Source: a virus
Taxonomy: Duplodnaviria; Caudoviricetes
Reading direction: 5' to 3' (one strand)
IMG/VR virus record: IMGVR_UViG_2825252539_000001
Location: 32,001 to 96,000 of that record
Length of the DNA: 64,000 nucleotides
Of this stretch, positions 1 to 11,287 are shown one piece after another. Each line of letters begins with the position of its first letter. Position 1 is the first letter of the stretch. The position numbers and the translations under genes were made by a program. The notes under the pieces were generated by a model that saw nothing but the letters and a program-made list of their open reading frames with translations, made no database searches and was not told the origin of the DNA.

Positions 1-555
1 TCCGGACTCGATGTTCCCCACGCGACTCCAGATTCGCCGGAAGCTATCGAGATTCTGCAGCCAACGCTCACCGTTGCTTGCAAGGATGGATGGCGCAAGG
101 TTGGGGGAGGCTACGACCCCCGATTCGAAGTGTCGCGCGATGGCTACGTCCGTACGTTGCCATACGAAACGCAGTATCGAACATCCACCGGCAAGATCAC
201 TACGCGGAAAGTGCCGGGGAAAGTACTTTCGATCGTCCGAACTTCCGGGAGACCCGTTGTTCTTCTCGGGACGGGCGGCGATACCAAGAACGAAGTGAAG
301 CTTGATCGTCTAGTCGCCGGAGTGTTCCACGGGTATCCGTACGAGTCGAACGACCGCGCCGAGGCCTCCCGCTGGAGGGTTCGACACAGGGACGATGACA
401 TCTGGAATTGCCACGCAGACAATCTGGAGTGGGTTCCAGCGGCCGGTTATCACGAGGATCAGTCCGCGTACGAAGCCAATCTAGCAGCGTGGGAGGCCGC
501 AAAACAGGAGCCGGCATCGGACTGGTCGCGGCGACTATTCGGGGAGGTTGCATGA
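1..555 (+). CDS. NUMOD4/HNH homing-endonuclease-like protein (5' partial)
   Basis: Frame is open from base 1. NUMOD4-like WRKV...[10 protein letters not shown] and HNH_3-like RLVAGVF...[18 protein letters not shown]. Confidence 0.7.
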   Translation, partial: SGLDVPHATPDSPEAIEILQPTLTVACKDGWRKVGGGYDPRFEVSRDGYVRTLPYETQYRTSTGKITTRKVPGKVLSIVRTSGRPVVLLGTGGDTKNEVKLDRLVAGVFHGYPYESNDRAEASRWRVRHRDDDIWNCHADNLEWVPAAGYHEDQSAYEANLAAWEAAKQEPASDWSRRLFGEVA

Positions 556-1352
556 TTGAGACTCCGTATGAGGATCTCTTGCGGCGCGTGCTCGCCCAGG
601 GCACGTCAAAGTCTGATCGAACCGGCACGGGTACCCGCAGCCTTTTTGGACAGCAACTACGGTACGACCTGGCTGCCGGGTTCCCCCTGCTGACTACGAA
701 GCGGGTTCATTTCAAGTCCGTTGCCTACGAGTTGCTTTGGTTCCTTCGCGGTGACACGAACATCCGCTGGCTGCTGCAGAACGGCGTCACGATCTGGGAC
801 GAGTGGGCTGACGAGATCGACGGCTACATCGGTCGGGTATACGGCGCCCAATGGCGCACCTGGACCAACCCCGGTGGGCCGGCGATCGACCAAATCTCTC
901 TTGCTCTGAACACCCTGCGGAGCAACCCCGACTCGCGGCGAAACCTCGTCACCGCATGGAATCCCGCTGAGCTGCACGACGTCGGTCTGCCGCCCTGCCA
1001 CGTGATGTTCCAGTTGTATGTGGCAGACGGCAAGCTGAGTTTGCATGTCTACCAGCGGAGCTGCGACCTGTTCCTCGGTGTCCCGTTCAACATCGCGAGC
1101 TATGCGCTACTGACGCATATGTTCGCTCAACAGGCGGGGCTGGATGTCGGCGAGCTGGTCTGGACCGGCGGCGATTGCCACATCTACAACAACCACGTCG
1201 AGCAAGTCGCCGAGCAGTTGAGTCGCGAACCGCGGCCATACCCGGAACTCGTCCTGCACCAGCATGATTCGATCTTCGACTACGCATACGAGGACATCGA
1301 GATTCGCGGATACGATCCACACCCCGCAATCAAGGCGCCTGTCGCGGTATGA
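552..1352 (+). CDS. thyA: Thymidylate synthase ThyA
   Basis: [25 protein letters not shown], catalytic [32 protein letters not shown] at 552 follows GGAGG and overlaps the upstream stop. Confidence 0.97.
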   Translation: MIETPYEDLLRRVLAQGTSKSDRTGTGTRSLFGQQLRYDLAAGFPLLTTKRVHFKSVAYELLWFLRGDTNIRWLLQNGVTIWDEWADEIDGYIGRVYGAQWRTWTNPGGPAIDQISLALNTLRSNPDSRRNLVTAWNPAELHDVGLPPCHVMFQLYVADGKLSLHVYQRSCDLFLGVPFNIASYALLTHMFAQQAGLDVGELVWTGGDCHIYNNHVEQVAEQLSREPRPYPELVLHQHDSIFDYAYEDIEIRGYDPHPAIKAPVAV

Positions 1353-1750
1353 GAATCCTCTTCATTTTCGCATTCTTAAGCTATTTGCTTACCCCGGTGG
1401 CCCACGCTGAACCGGACAACGTCAGCAAGTCGCAAGTGTGGATTGATCCGCGGTGCGAGAACTACGCGTACACCCACGACATGCTCGCCGGCCAGTTGGA
1501 CCCGGGGGACGGGATCACTGTTCACGTCTTCTGGACGAGCCCGGGCTACGTCCAGTGGCAGTCGACAGACATCGTTGTCTTCGACGGTCGGTCGGATAAG
1601 TCCATCGCGGTCTACGCCGACCGCGACTGGCCCGACCAGAAGACAGCAGAAGCGCTCTTGGCAAAAACCGAATGGGGCTACGACCCTATAGAGCGGGCGC
1701 TGCAGTTGATTCACGACATTCACGCTTGGCAGGCAAGGAACCCGCGATGA
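1349..1750 (+). CDS. Secreted/exported hypothetical protein
   Basis: Hydrophobic N-terminus ending in AHA|EP, resembling a signal-peptidase site; ATGA overlap with thyA. Confidence 0.6.
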   Translation: MRILFIFAFLSYLLTPVAHAEPDNVSKSQVWIDPRCENYAYTHDMLAGQLDPGDGITVHVFWTSPGYVQWQSTDIVVFDGRSDKSIAVYADRDWPDQKTAEALLAKTEWGYDPIERALQLIHDIHAWQARNPR

Positions 1751-2919
1751 GAACCGATCTCTGTAAGTACCAGCTTCAGCGAGTCTCTCCGGATGGCCGC
1801 CACGTCATCATCTACCACCGCGACGAGAAGAAGTCGTTCCGCTACACCTTCGGTGAGATCACTAGCTATGTCGCCAGTAGCCCCGTAAGTGATTGGGCGG
1901 ACTGGCCGAGTTTTGATCTCGGTGCAGAGACAATCGAGCAGATCCGCGTATTCATGGGCGCCTGGTGACGCCTCTGCTGCCGCGTGTGGGATCGCGACGG
2001 TGGATCGCGTGGAAGCTCGTCCAGCTGGCCTACAGGATCTTCGATGCCGACTACTACGAGCGGATCTACATCAGAGATGCCGATGGGCACCTCACGTTTG
2101 AGGCCATCATCTCTGCAGACCTGTATGGCGCTGGCGTGTCGTCTATCTATGGCGGTGTCGGCAGCTCACTAGGCGCCGGCTCGACGGTGCATTGGGACGA
2201 CGATTACAAGCCCGACTGGCTGGACGAAGAGTGACCGATATTGCCGAGGCGATTATCGCCGACAACCTCTACGAACATGAGTGGGATGCCGATGCGGTGT
2301 CCTGTCGATGTGGCTGGGTGCCCGATGGTGTTGATCATGTCGAACACCAGGCCAGTGAAGCCTTAACCATCCTGCGCAAGGCAGGATTCAGCTTGCGAAG
2401 GGTCTCATGAGCGATATCAAGACGACTCGGACGCTGACTATGGGCGGAATGAGTTGTAGCACAATGGATCTGAGCAACCTCCTGGCGGCAGTGCCGAAGG
2501 ACAATATCACTATGGTGCATTTCACCTTTCACTCTTCCGGCGGTGATCCGCGCGAGCGTGACCATTTAACAGCGCAGGTGACGTCATGATCCAGGGCGGC
2601 GAGCACAGCTGGGCGCTGGTCGGCGAACATTACTGGGGCCACCGTGAGACGGTCGTCTATTGGAGCCGGCAGGGCTACTTCATCCGCATGACCGGTTCTA
2701 CGCGTGAGGTAGTGAGTGACTGAGGCGAAAGCCCAGTACGCCGTCCGCGACGAATACGGCCTCGACGAATGGTCGTGCGGATGCCCGCGATTCTTCTCCT
2801 CCGTCGAGGAGCTACTCGACTGGGGCAACCTCGAACCAGAGGACACCATCGTTCGACGATACGTGACTGAAACCCCATGGGAGGTAGTCAGTGTCGCCTT
2901 ATCCCCGGGAGGGCAGTAG
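1747..2919 (+). other. Run of small hypothetical phage ORFs (1747-1968, 1965-2234, 2231-2410, 2407-2589, 2716-2919)
   Basis: Mostly stop/start-overlapping ORFs; no recognisable motifs. Confidence 0.6.
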
Positions 2920-2921
2920 TC

Positions 2922-3602
2922 ATCGGGTGCGACATCCATATGTACGCCGAAGCCAAACGCAAGAGCGAATGGCTCACGGTAGGTTCGGTTTTCCCGGGTG
3001 AGTTCTATCGGGCCGATGAGCTGACCTACATGCACACCTACCCCGGTAGCCAGGCATGGGAGACGAACAAGCGCTGGTCGATGCATCCCTACGATGCGCG
3101 GAACTACAGCCTGTTCGCCGTCCTGGCGGACGTCCGCAACTCCCACGGGTTCACGCCGATCGATCAGCCGCGAGGAATTCCGGAAGATGTCAGCAAGTAC
3201 CTGAAAAGTGTTGTGGAAGACTGGGAGTACAGCGGACACAGCTTCAGCTGGCTCGGTCTCTCCGAGCTTGAGGAATACGACTGGGAGCAGCCGAACACTC
3301 ACTCGGGTGTTGTGACCGTTGACGGGTTCCGTGAATTCATGACGAACGGCCGGCCGAGCAGTTGGTCTCGGAGTGCGGCCGGCGGCAACATCGTGGTTGT
3401 CGACAACGATGAAATGCGCGCAATCGTCAACGGGGAAGTACCGAGGTTCGGCGGGACCAGCTACTACACGAGTATCACGTGGAACTGGCCCGTCAGTGAG
3501 TCAACCGGCGACTTCGTCAACGGGACGATCCCTCTACTCCGCGAGGTCCGCGACAAGAAGGACGTTGAGGATGTCCGCATCGTCTTTTGGTTCGACAGTT
3601 GA
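2922..3602 (+). CDS. Conserved phage hypothetical protein (MGCDIH-type family), apparent ATC start
   Basis: xGCDIHMYAE, RNYSLFAVLADVRN, PRGIPED, HSFSWL and C-terminal DVRIVFWFDS. GGAGG lies 9 nt upstream of the ATC. Confidence 0.7.
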   Translation: MGCDIHMYAEAKRKSEWLTVGSVFPGEFYRADELTYMHTYPGSQAWETNKRWSMHPYDARNYSLFAVLADVRNSHGFTPIDQPRGIPEDVSKYLKSVVEDWEYSGHSFSWLGLSELEEYDWEQPNTHSGVVTVDGFREFMTNGRPSSWSRSAAGGNIVVVDNDEMRAIVNGEVPRFGGTSYYTSITWNWPVSESTGDFVNGTIPLLREVRDKKDVEDVRIVFWFDS

Positions 3603-4279
3603 TCGATGAGGATATCGAGCAGCATCGCTGCCGAGTCGGAATCCACTGTTGCGCAGGAACGCCTGAAGGTGCGGCCGTCACGTTACAGCCCAACACCATC
3701 TGCCATATATGTGTCATCAAATTACAGCATCAGCTTGACCAGCTAGCGGGCCGGCAGCCGATCAAAACTGGCGATACCGAGGCGACAGTCCAAAAGTTGT
3801 TGCGAGACAGCGTGCAACTCAGCCTTGTTCCACAGGGCGGGGGAGCGAAAGTCTCTACCGGTAAACGTGAGGCTCCGGTGCCGCTCAATCTACACGCGCT
3901 CGATGTCATTGACGAACTCGATCAAGTGCTAGATCTCGTGGGGGGCAGCACGATTGCCAACTTGATTCGCCAAGGGCCAGAACTGGTCACCGTGCGAATC
4001 AAGGGCAACCCCGAGCAGGGTTGGATCGACGGCGTCCACAAAGCCATGGCGGTCGGTGTCGTGTGGCGCAAGATCGATTCCATCATCGGCATCTCAATCG
4101 CGTGGGAACAGCGCCACGCAGCCTGCAACGGATGCGGCCGGCGAACCCTAGGCAGTTACGCGGGCGCGGACCACAACCACTACGCGTCGTGCTCCAACTG
4201 TGGAGCGACGTTCACCCGAGATGAATACGGCGCACTTTGCGACGCCGAACTCAAGAAGAAACAGAAACGGAATACATGA
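3599..4279 (+). CDS. Cys-rich hypothetical protein, possible zinc-binding regulator
   Basis: CxxC pairs (CHIC, CNGC, CSNC); TTG start overlaps the upstream TGA. Confidence 0.6.
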   Translation: MIDEDIEQHRCRVGIHCCAGTPEGAAVTLQPNTICHICVIKLQHQLDQLAGRQPIKTGDTEATVQKLLRDSVQLSLVPQGGGAKVSTGKREAPVPLNLHALDVIDELDQVLDLVGGSTIANLIRQGPELVTVRIKGNPEQGWIDGVHKAMAVGVVWRKIDSIIGISIAWEQRHAACNGCGRRTLGSYAGADHNHYASCSNCGATFTRDEYGALCDAELKKKQKRNT

Positions 4280-4959
4280 GCCTTAGCAATCCCCGTACCA
4301 ACACCTCGCCCGTCCAGCGCTTCTTTGAGTTGAAGCTGTCGACTGGTGCGGTCACTTGGTACGACAAGGACGCGAAGAAAAACGTCGAACTCGACGTCCC
4401 TTTCAAGTTCGTTGTCCTCGACACCTTGTCGTTCGTCGGTGGTTTCAACGAGCCTGCGAAATCGGGCATCTGGAGCAATGAGGTTCGCTCCGTTCGCGAT
4501 GAGGTGTTGACTGTCCGGACCCGCAAGGGTGTTCTGGCTGAGGGTGTGTACTCGGATATCAAGGACACCATCAAGGCTGAAGGCGGCAAGTTCGGCAACA
4601 GCGTGTACATCGCCTTCCAGGAGGATGGCGAATGGAAGCTGGGCAACCTCAAGCTCATCGGTGCCGGGGTCAGCGCGTGGTTCGACTTCACCGACGGTAA
4701 GCATCTGGACCGCGATCCCGGCGCCGCGGTGACCGGGTGGATCGAGAAGAAGAAGGGCCGCAACGAGTACTTCGAGCCGGTCATTGAATCCTGGACGGTC
4801 GACGGTGCCGACCTGTCGGCAGCATCCGCGCTCGACGAGGCGCTGCAGGACTACTTGAAGTCTTCGCAGACCCGCAAGGACCCCACCCCCGAACCAGTCA
4901 CCTACACCGCGCCGCCGCAGCAGGCGTCGTTCACGGGCGATATGGAACCGCCTTTCTAA
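4276..4959 (+). CDS. Putative single-stranded DNA-binding protein
   Basis: Beta-rich aromatic core (WYDK, FVVLD, GIWSNEVR), a Pro-rich linker and an SSB-type acidic tail DMEPPF; replication context. Confidence 0.55.
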   Translation: MSLSNPRTNTSPVQRFFELKLSTGAVTWYDKDAKKNVELDVPFKFVVLDTLSFVGGFNEPAKSGIWSNEVRSVRDEVLTVRTRKGVLAEGVYSDIKDTIKAEGGKFGNSVYIAFQEDGEWKLGNLKLIGAGVSAWFDFTDGKHLDRDPGAAVTGWIEKKKGRNEYFEPVIESWTVDGADLSAASALDEALQDYLKSSQTRKDPTPEPVTYTAPPQQASFTGDMEPPF

Positions 4960-5092
4960 CAAGGAGAATCATGTACAAGTGCACTGAATGCGGCCGGAAG
5001 ATCGGCTACTTCCCCTTGAAGGATGGGAAGGGGAACGATCTTCGCGGCCCGAAGTGCCCGCGCACCGGGCGGTACAGCCTGCCGAACGTTAA

Positions 5093-5566
5093 GTGAAAGA
5101 CACCCCTTACCAGTATCGCGCCGAGGCGTATCGCGAGGGCGCCTTGTGGTTCACCTGTCCGGGCAGTACTTCCATTCAGCCATGGGAAGACGCCACGCCT
5201 AACGACTTTCAGATCGGCTTTCACGCTACTCCGACAGATGATCAAAGGATCGAGATGCCCATTGCCACCGACTTGATTGCACGCACCGAGCCGACGCCCT
5301 TCCGGGATCGCGCCCCGAATATGTCGGTTGGTCTGCCCGCGGTCAAGCTGACGTCCGAGAACGTCAGAACCATTGCCGCGCACATCATCAGGACAATCGG
5401 CGGGGTTGTTGAGGTGTGCGATAACGGCATTTCTATCGGCAGCACATATGACAACAGGTTCCTTCGCCTGGGCTCATGGGTGGTCGAGGACTACGACTAT
5501 GACGACGAGGTCATCGTCTACCGCATCGCCAGCCCAGACGAGCGGAAGAAGTACGACCTGAGGTGA
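5093..5566 (+). CDS. Hypothetical protein
   Basis: ORF coupled by overlaps to its neighbours. Confidence 0.6.
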   Translation: MKDTPYQYRAEAYREGALWFTCPGSTSIQPWEDATPNDFQIGFHATPTDDQRIEMPIATDLIARTEPTPFRDRAPNMSVGLPAVKLTSENVRTIAAHIIRTIGGVVEVCDNGISIGSTYDNRFLRLGSWVVEDYDYDDEVIVYRIASPDERKKYDLR

Positions 5567-6243
5567 GCCTGACGTACACAAAGTGCGCCGACCCAGCGTG
5601 CCCTGAGCCCCTGCTGCAGGTCACCTGGGTCGGACAGGTCACTCATCCGACCTGCCAGCAGACCGCCGAAGAGCTTCAACTGCGAGCTTTCGTCGATGCC
5701 GTCCAGCGCGGTGACCAGGCCGAGGCCGACAGGCTAGAACGGGAAGTCAATAACGCCGGCTCGATTCCATCACTCGGTGGCGTAGCGCTCTGGTACGCGT
5801 CGCAAGGGTGGCCGGTGTTTCTCCTAGCGCCGAACGGGAAACAGCCCCTCATCGCCAAGCGCGACGGTGGCAACGGATTGCACGACGCCACAACGGATCT
5901 CGATCAGGTCCGCGAATGGTGGGGGCAATACCCTGAGGCTAATGTCGGTCTGCCTACCGGGATCAAGTTCGACGTGATCGACATCGACGGCCCTGACGGT
6001 ATCAAGTCCCTGGCTGAACTCGGCGACGATGTCCTGCCCGAGATCCACGGGAAGGTGTCAACCCCGCGGGGGTTCCACCTGTACGTTTTGCCGACAGGGG
6101 ACGGCAACCGTGCCGGCGTGCGGCCGGGAATCGATTACCGAGGGGTAGGCGGGTACGTATGCGCCCCGCCGTCACAGATCGATTTCAAGCGGTACACCTG
6201 GGTCGTCAAACCGTCGCCGCAGATCCTCGGAGCCAATGGCTAA
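5563..6243 (+). CDS. Bifunctional DNA primase/polymerase (Prim-Pol) domain protein
   Basis: GWPVFLLAPNGKQP, ATTD..QVREWW, ANVGLPTG, DVIDIDG, TPRGFHLY, GIDYRGVGGYVCAPPS. Confidence 0.92.
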   Translation: MSLTYTKCADPACPEPLLQVTWVGQVTHPTCQQTAEELQLRAFVDAVQRGDQAEADRLEREVNNAGSIPSLGGVALWYASQGWPVFLLAPNGKQPLIAKRDGGNGLHDATTDLDQVREWWGQYPEANVGLPTGIKFDVIDIDGPDGIKSLAELGDDVLPEIHGKVSTPRGFHLYVLPTGDGNRAGVRPGIDYRGVGGYVCAPPSQIDFKRYTWVVKPSPQILGANG

Positions 6244-7435
6244 GCGGGTTCATTGCGACAGCTGTGGTGACGAAATCGTCGCAACCACACGCCTGTTGAC
6301 CGTGAAGCGATATTCGGTTACCGACCCCGACAAGCTCGGCCCTTCTGTGGACTTCGACATCTGTCCACGATGCTTTGAGGAGATTATCGTGGGTAAGTTC
6401 CCGTATCGGTACAGATCGACGTGACCACGCTGCCAGATCCCAAGTTGTGCAAGTGCGGATACCTGGTGGAGTGGTTCGAGCCATGCGATCCCGCCAAAGA
6501 ACTGCCGTCCTGGTACCGCCTAGACTTCGAACTGAAGACCGACGTCGTCGAGCGGGAATGCCCACACCGAAACGGGACTGTCATCGAGCACTGCCCATGG
6601 TGTGACCGCCAGGTCGGCATATGGGGTTTCGGTCCGGCCGGCGGCATGGAGTGCAAGTGCTGGAACGACCCCTGGTGGAAGATCCTGTACTGGCGATTCC
6701 TGGGTCTCTTTGAGGGGTGGCGGAAGTGATCGAGTTCGGCGATATCGTTTACGAGCTTCTTGAGAAGGCCACATTGCAGGACGCCGAACGAAGAGAGGCG
6801 ATAGTCAGATCCGCTCTGACGCAACGGGTTTACGAAGCGCTCCTGCCGCATGTGGATATCCGCGAGCACTGCACCTGTGGCACTAGTGGAATCGACTATG
6901 TAGACCATATCGCCGACACCGCGGTACAGGCTTTCGTTGACTTTCTGCGAAATCCGTTTGGAGCCGAGACATCGTGAGCCGCATCCTCCAGATTGTCGAC
7001 GACGATCGACCCGTCCCAAAGGATGCGTGCTGGTGGTCACTTCTCCTGGAGCCCAACGAGGATGGGTATTTCTACGTTGAGCAGTTGCACGTACCCGACA
7101 ACTGGGACGGACGCCGGCCGTGGTCGTATTCCATCGAATACTTCGACGGTCGCAATGACTGGTCGTGGCCGTTCGACGTGAAAATCAAGCCCTCGGAGTT
7201 AAACGAGGCGTTGCAGGACGTCCTCCGGCCCGCGATCAGGAGCCAGCGCTACTTCCTCCGAGTGCTTGACGTGATACCACCCTCAATGGGGACGGGGTGG
7301 TTCCCACAGTGCAAATGCACGCTCGGCTGGACCCGCGAGCCCGACCCCAACTGCATACACCGTCAAGCTTCCTGCGGGACAGATCCGACAAGGGGATATT
7401 CAAACGGGCTTTCTCGACTCCATTGGGGACCGTAA
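6236..7435 (+). other. Four small hypothetical ORFs (6236-6424, 6421-6729, 6726-6977, 6974-7435) between prim-pol and helicase
   Basis: Overlapping stop/start chain; several are Cys-rich. Confidence 0.6.
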
Positions 7436-7463
7436 GCCGTCTCTTCCACCCTCTGGGCCGCGC

Positions 7464-8822
7464 GTGCCGCCGAGTAATGCGTACGCTGCCGCGGCGCTGC
7501 GAAACGAGGTGAAGAACGTCGCCGAGGCAGTCACCTGCCGTAACGACACCCTCAACAACGCCGCTTGGGCGCTGAAGAAGTACATCAACGCCGGAGTCCT
7601 CGACGAAGGCACCGTGCGGGATGAGCTGACCGAGGCCGCGCTCATCGCCAGTGCCAACGGCGACCACCCGCTGACCGACCACGAGATCGAAGCAACGATC
7701 ACGTCAGGATTCTCACGCTTGGACGTGGCGACTATGCCGGCCGGAACCCCCGCTCCGGTGTCTACACCCTCGGATACCTCCGTTCGGCCGTCTGTGAACG
7801 CCTCAAAGGACGTCTGGGGGGATGTCCCGCCGGTCGACGGCGCCGAGTGGATGTTCAAATCCGACGATACGGTGGTCGAACTCTGGGGCTCGGGGGATGA
7901 CATCCTCTGGGCCGAGGGTGAGGCGCTGATGATTGCCGGCGGTATGGGACTCGGCAAGAGCACCTTGGCCGGCCAGCTCGTCAGGGCACAGCTGGGGCTG
8001 CAGCCGACGGTGTTGGACATGCCCGTGACGCCGATCGAGCGCCCGATTCTCTACCTGGCCATGGACCGCCCGCGGCAGATCCGCCGCTCCATGAAGCGCC
8101 AATTCAGCGAAGACGAACGCCACAAGATCGCCGGCAAGCTCTTGGTCCGCCCAGGGCCGCCGATCATGGACATGGCAGTCGACCCGACCCTGCTGGCCAG
8201 AATGGCTGAATCGGTGGGCGCTGGAGTGGTGTACGTCGACTCGCTCAAAGACGCGGTCGTCGGGTTGTCGGCGGATGAAACCGGCGCGATGTACAACCGC
8301 GCTCGTCAATCGCTTCTGGCCATGGGTGTGAACATCTGCGAGTTGCACCACCTCCGCAAGCCCTCTCCTGAAGCGCAGGGCGGCATCGCATCGGTATACG
8401 GCTCAACATGGTTGGCCTCCGGCGCCGGCTCGGTGATCATCCTGTCGGGTGAGCCCGGGGACTTGGTTGTGAAGTTCCGCCACGCCAAGACGCCGGCCAA
8501 TGAGGTCGGGCCGTGGCACATCCATCTCGATCCCGACCAGGGTTCGTTCTCGGTTCGCAAGTGCGACCTGGTGGTGTCGGTGCGCAAGGCCGGCCCAGCG
8601 GGGTTGACCGCGGAGGACGCGGCGAAGGATCTCTACGAGACGCGACGTCCCACAGCCGGTGAAAAGAAAAAGGCTGAGCGTCAGCTCGACCGACTCGTGA
8701 GCCAGGGAATGCTGACCAAAATGGACGGTATCCACGGCGCGGTATGGTTCCTCCGGGAGGATCGATTGGGCGAGCCGAATCAATTCCCGCCGCCAGAGCC
8801 AAGCGGAGATCTCTTTGCATAG
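7464..8822 (+). CDS. RepA/AAA_25-type replicative helicase with N-terminal primase-C-terminal-like helical domain
   Basis: Walker A GGMGLGKST, Walker B VVYVDSL, HHLRK, YGST. N-terminal ALRNEV..VAEA...RNDTLNNAAWAL. Confidence 0.85.
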   Translation: MPPSNAYAAAALRNEVKNVAEAVTCRNDTLNNAAWALKKYINAGVLDEGTVRDELTEAALIASANGDHPLTDHEIEATITSGFSRLDVATMPAGTPAPVSTPSDTSVRPSVNASKDVWGDVPPVDGAEWMFKSDDTVVELWGSGDDILWAEGEALMIAGGMGLGKSTLAGQLVRAQLGLQPTVLDMPVTPIERPILYLAMDRPRQIRRSMKRQFSEDERHKIAGKLLVRPGPPIMDMAVDPTLLARMAESVGAGVVYVDSLKDAVVGLSADETGAMYNRARQSLLAMGVNICELHHLRKPSPEAQGGIASVYGSTWLASGAGSVIILSGEPGDLVVKFRHAKTPANEVGPWHIHLDPDQGSFSVRKCDLVVSVRKAGPAGLTAEDAAKDLYETRRPTAGEKKKAERQLDRLVSQGMLTKMDGIHGAVWFLREDRLGEPNQFPPPEPSGDLFA

Positions 8823-9291
8823 GCGGTCGACTCTAAAGAAAGTCGGCACCCGCCCGCGGGAGAATTACGCGATCATTCCCAATGGCTTAGCGCGCGACCC
8901 CTCGATAAAGCCGCGGGCCAAAGCGGTGGCACTCTATTTGTGGTCATTACCCGACGGCTGGGAGTTCAGTGTCGACTCGCTGGCTGAGTCGACAGGGATG
9001 AGCAACAAGACGGCCGGCGCCGCGGTCCATGACCTGATCGAGGCGCGTTGGCTACGTCGGGATGAGCGCAAGAACCGCCATGGGCTGGTCTTTGAGTACG
9101 TCTATGTCCTCAGTCAGGGTCGTCGCTTCGCCGTAAAAACTACGGCGAACATGGCCGTAGAAAGTACGGCACCTACTAAGACTGAGAAGACAGACGACAC
9201 CCGTAAGGCGTCGGGTGTCACGGACGGCCTGACGGCCGTGGTGGTTCAGGGACCTTGGGGTGATCCTTGGGGTGAGTCTGCCTATGGCTGA
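8815..9291 (+). CDS. Winged-HTH replication-initiator-like DNA-binding protein
   Basis: NYAIIPNGLARDPSI..RAKAVALYLWSLPDGWEFS..SLAE.TG pattern. Confidence 0.75.
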   Translation: MHRRSTLKKVGTRPRENYAIIPNGLARDPSIKPRAKAVALYLWSLPDGWEFSVDSLAESTGMSNKTAGAAVHDLIEARWLRRDERKNRHGLVFEYVYVLSQGRRFAVKTTANMAVESTAPTKTEKTDDTRKASGVTDGLTAVVVQGPWGDPWGESAYG

Positions 9292-9351
9292 AGCTTCTGA
9301 TCTCTGGTGAGCACGAGAGCGAAGCTTGCCGCCGATACATAGGAAGTCTAT

Positions 9352-10309
9352 ATGACTGAGTTCTTCGGTCCGAACGGCGAGCGCTGGACCCGCAAACAAT
9401 TTCTCGACTTCTGCTTTTCGTACAACAGGCCGGCTTTGGCATCCGTCATGAATGACCAAGACGTCTGCGTCAACTGTTGGTGCACCGATTGTGGGTGTTG
9501 CCAAAACTGCGGCGCGAAGAATGCCGACCTGGAGTCTAATCACACATGCAAGAGGATTAGTGGGATTAAATACTGACTTCGACTGCTGGAACGGCAGTTA
9601 TGGCGGCTTTTCCGAATTCCGGAAAGAACTCGGTCGAGCATCCGGATTCAACGTCGCGAACTACGACTGGGACTCGATCACCAACGAGCAGCTGCTCGGC
9701 CACTGGGGCGACCACAAGCCGGTCATCCAGGACGGGATCTACGACCCGCCGCGGCACGACCCGATCTTGTACTTGCTGCTCCACCAGGACTGCGAAGGCG
9801 AGCTTGAGTGGCGCCACCTCGCCAGCCTGAAGGAATCGCTGGAGAAGCTGCGTGACTCGGGCTACCCGTTCACCGACTACGCCAGCGAGCACATCGACCA
9901 ATTCATCGAAGGCCTAGACCGTGCGATCGACGCCGGCCTCAGCGTCCAGTTCCACTAGGGAGTGCGATTGACTCTCGAATTCGAGAAGTATCAGCCCAAG
10001 ACTATTGAAGCGGTGTGCATCCATCGTCGGGAGCAACTCGATGAGGCGATGGGCTGTCTTGTGCACGGCAGTCCGAAGGCGGCGCCGCCGTACACCATCA
10101 ACGTCAACCGAAACCCGCATTGGCCCGATACGGCCGACTTTGAAACCGCAGTCCACAAGCCGGCGAATGGTGATCCCATCACGATCTTTCGCGGTGACTA
10201 CCTCGTCAAGACGGATTCCCGCGGCGAGAACTGGGGCATCTACGAGATGGTCGACTGGGAGACCCTGCGCGACAAGTGGGAGCTGGTCAATCCTCCAGGG
10301 GACTCGTAG
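9352..10309 (+). other. Hypothetical ORFs 9352-9576, 9560-9958, 9962-10309
   Basis: Contiguous ORFs with plausible starts. Confidence 0.6.
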
Positions 10310-10861
10310 GTGACCTGCATAGTCGGCGTGGAACATAAGCATGGTGTTCTGATCGGCGCCGACTCATGCGGAAGCGCCGGCACGTCAATGACGATCCGGG
10401 CCGATGAGAAAGCGTTCGTCAACGGGCCGTACATCATGGGGTACACCACCTCGTACCGAATGGGTCAGCTCCTGCGGTACAAGCTCGATCCACCGATCCC
10501 TACGGCGCAAGATCTTCGTGACCTAGATCGTTTCATAGCAACAACATTCATTGATGCGGTGCGAACGACGTTGAACGAAGGCGGTTTTGCGAAGATCGAG
10601 GACCAACGGGAAGAGGCCGGCAACTTCCTCGTCGGCATCGCCGGTCGACTGTACAACATCGACGAGGACTACCAGTTCGCCCGGAACATGGCCGGCTTCG
10701 ACTCCGTCGGCTGCGGTTATGAGCTAGCTCTCGGATCACTGCACACCACTGCGCGGTATCGAATCACACCCAAAGAACGGGTCCGCATGGCGCTAGAAGC
10801 CGCGGCTGCGTTCTCTAGTGGTGTAGCGCCGCCATTCATCTTTTTCGATCAGGCGAAATGA
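10310..10861 (+). CDS. Ntn-hydrolase (proteasome beta-subunit/HslV-like) protein
   Basis: N-terminal (M)TCIVGV...GVLIGADS, conserved Lys (DEK), SVGCGYELALGSL and C-terminal ALEAAAAF..GV.PPF. Confidence 0.75.
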   Translation: MTCIVGVEHKHGVLIGADSCGSAGTSMTIRADEKAFVNGPYIMGYTTSYRMGQLLRYKLDPPIPTAQDLRDLDRFIATTFIDAVRTTLNEGGFAKIEDQREEAGNFLVGIAGRLYNIDEDYQFARNMAGFDSVGCGYELALGSLHTTARYRITPKERVRMALEAAAAFSSGVAPPFIFFDQAK

Positions 10862-11286
10862 GTGTCATGCAAAAGCTGACCGGCAAAAACATCACACTCA
10901 TTCTGGAGAGTGACTGGTCCGAGCTGGTTGCCGAAGTCTTTGACAGGCCTTACAACTTCCAGCAGCAGGCGGGCTGCAGATCGAATGACACGATCTGGAA
11001 ATTCACCGTCCCTGAGTCTTTCAAGGACTGGGATCTGAATGCGGTCGACGCCGCGATCGAGCAGTGGCGCAACTCTGAACCTCACCGCAATGAGCAGATT
11101 CCCGCCGTCAGGGACGGCAAGGTTGTTTACGTCGAGCACCCCCGCCGCGAGTGGCCCATGAGCGACTTCAGCTTGAAACTGTGGTGGGAGCGCGAGAACT
11201 GGCCCGAGTTCGAAGACGTCATGTGCGTGCTGGCCCGGAGGGGCCTGATCGATCCTGGCGAGTACGCCCTACATATCTGGTGGTGA
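10858..11286 (+). CDS. Hypothetical protein
   Basis: Coupled ORF ending GEYALHIWW. Confidence 0.6.
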   Translation: MSVMQKLTGKNITLILESDWSELVAEVFDRPYNFQQQAGCRSNDTIWKFTVPESFKDWDLNAVDAAIEQWRNSEPHRNEQIPAVRDGKVVYVEHPRREWPMSDFSLKLWWERENWPEFEDVMCVLARRGLIDPGEYALHIWW

Positions 11287-11287
11287 C

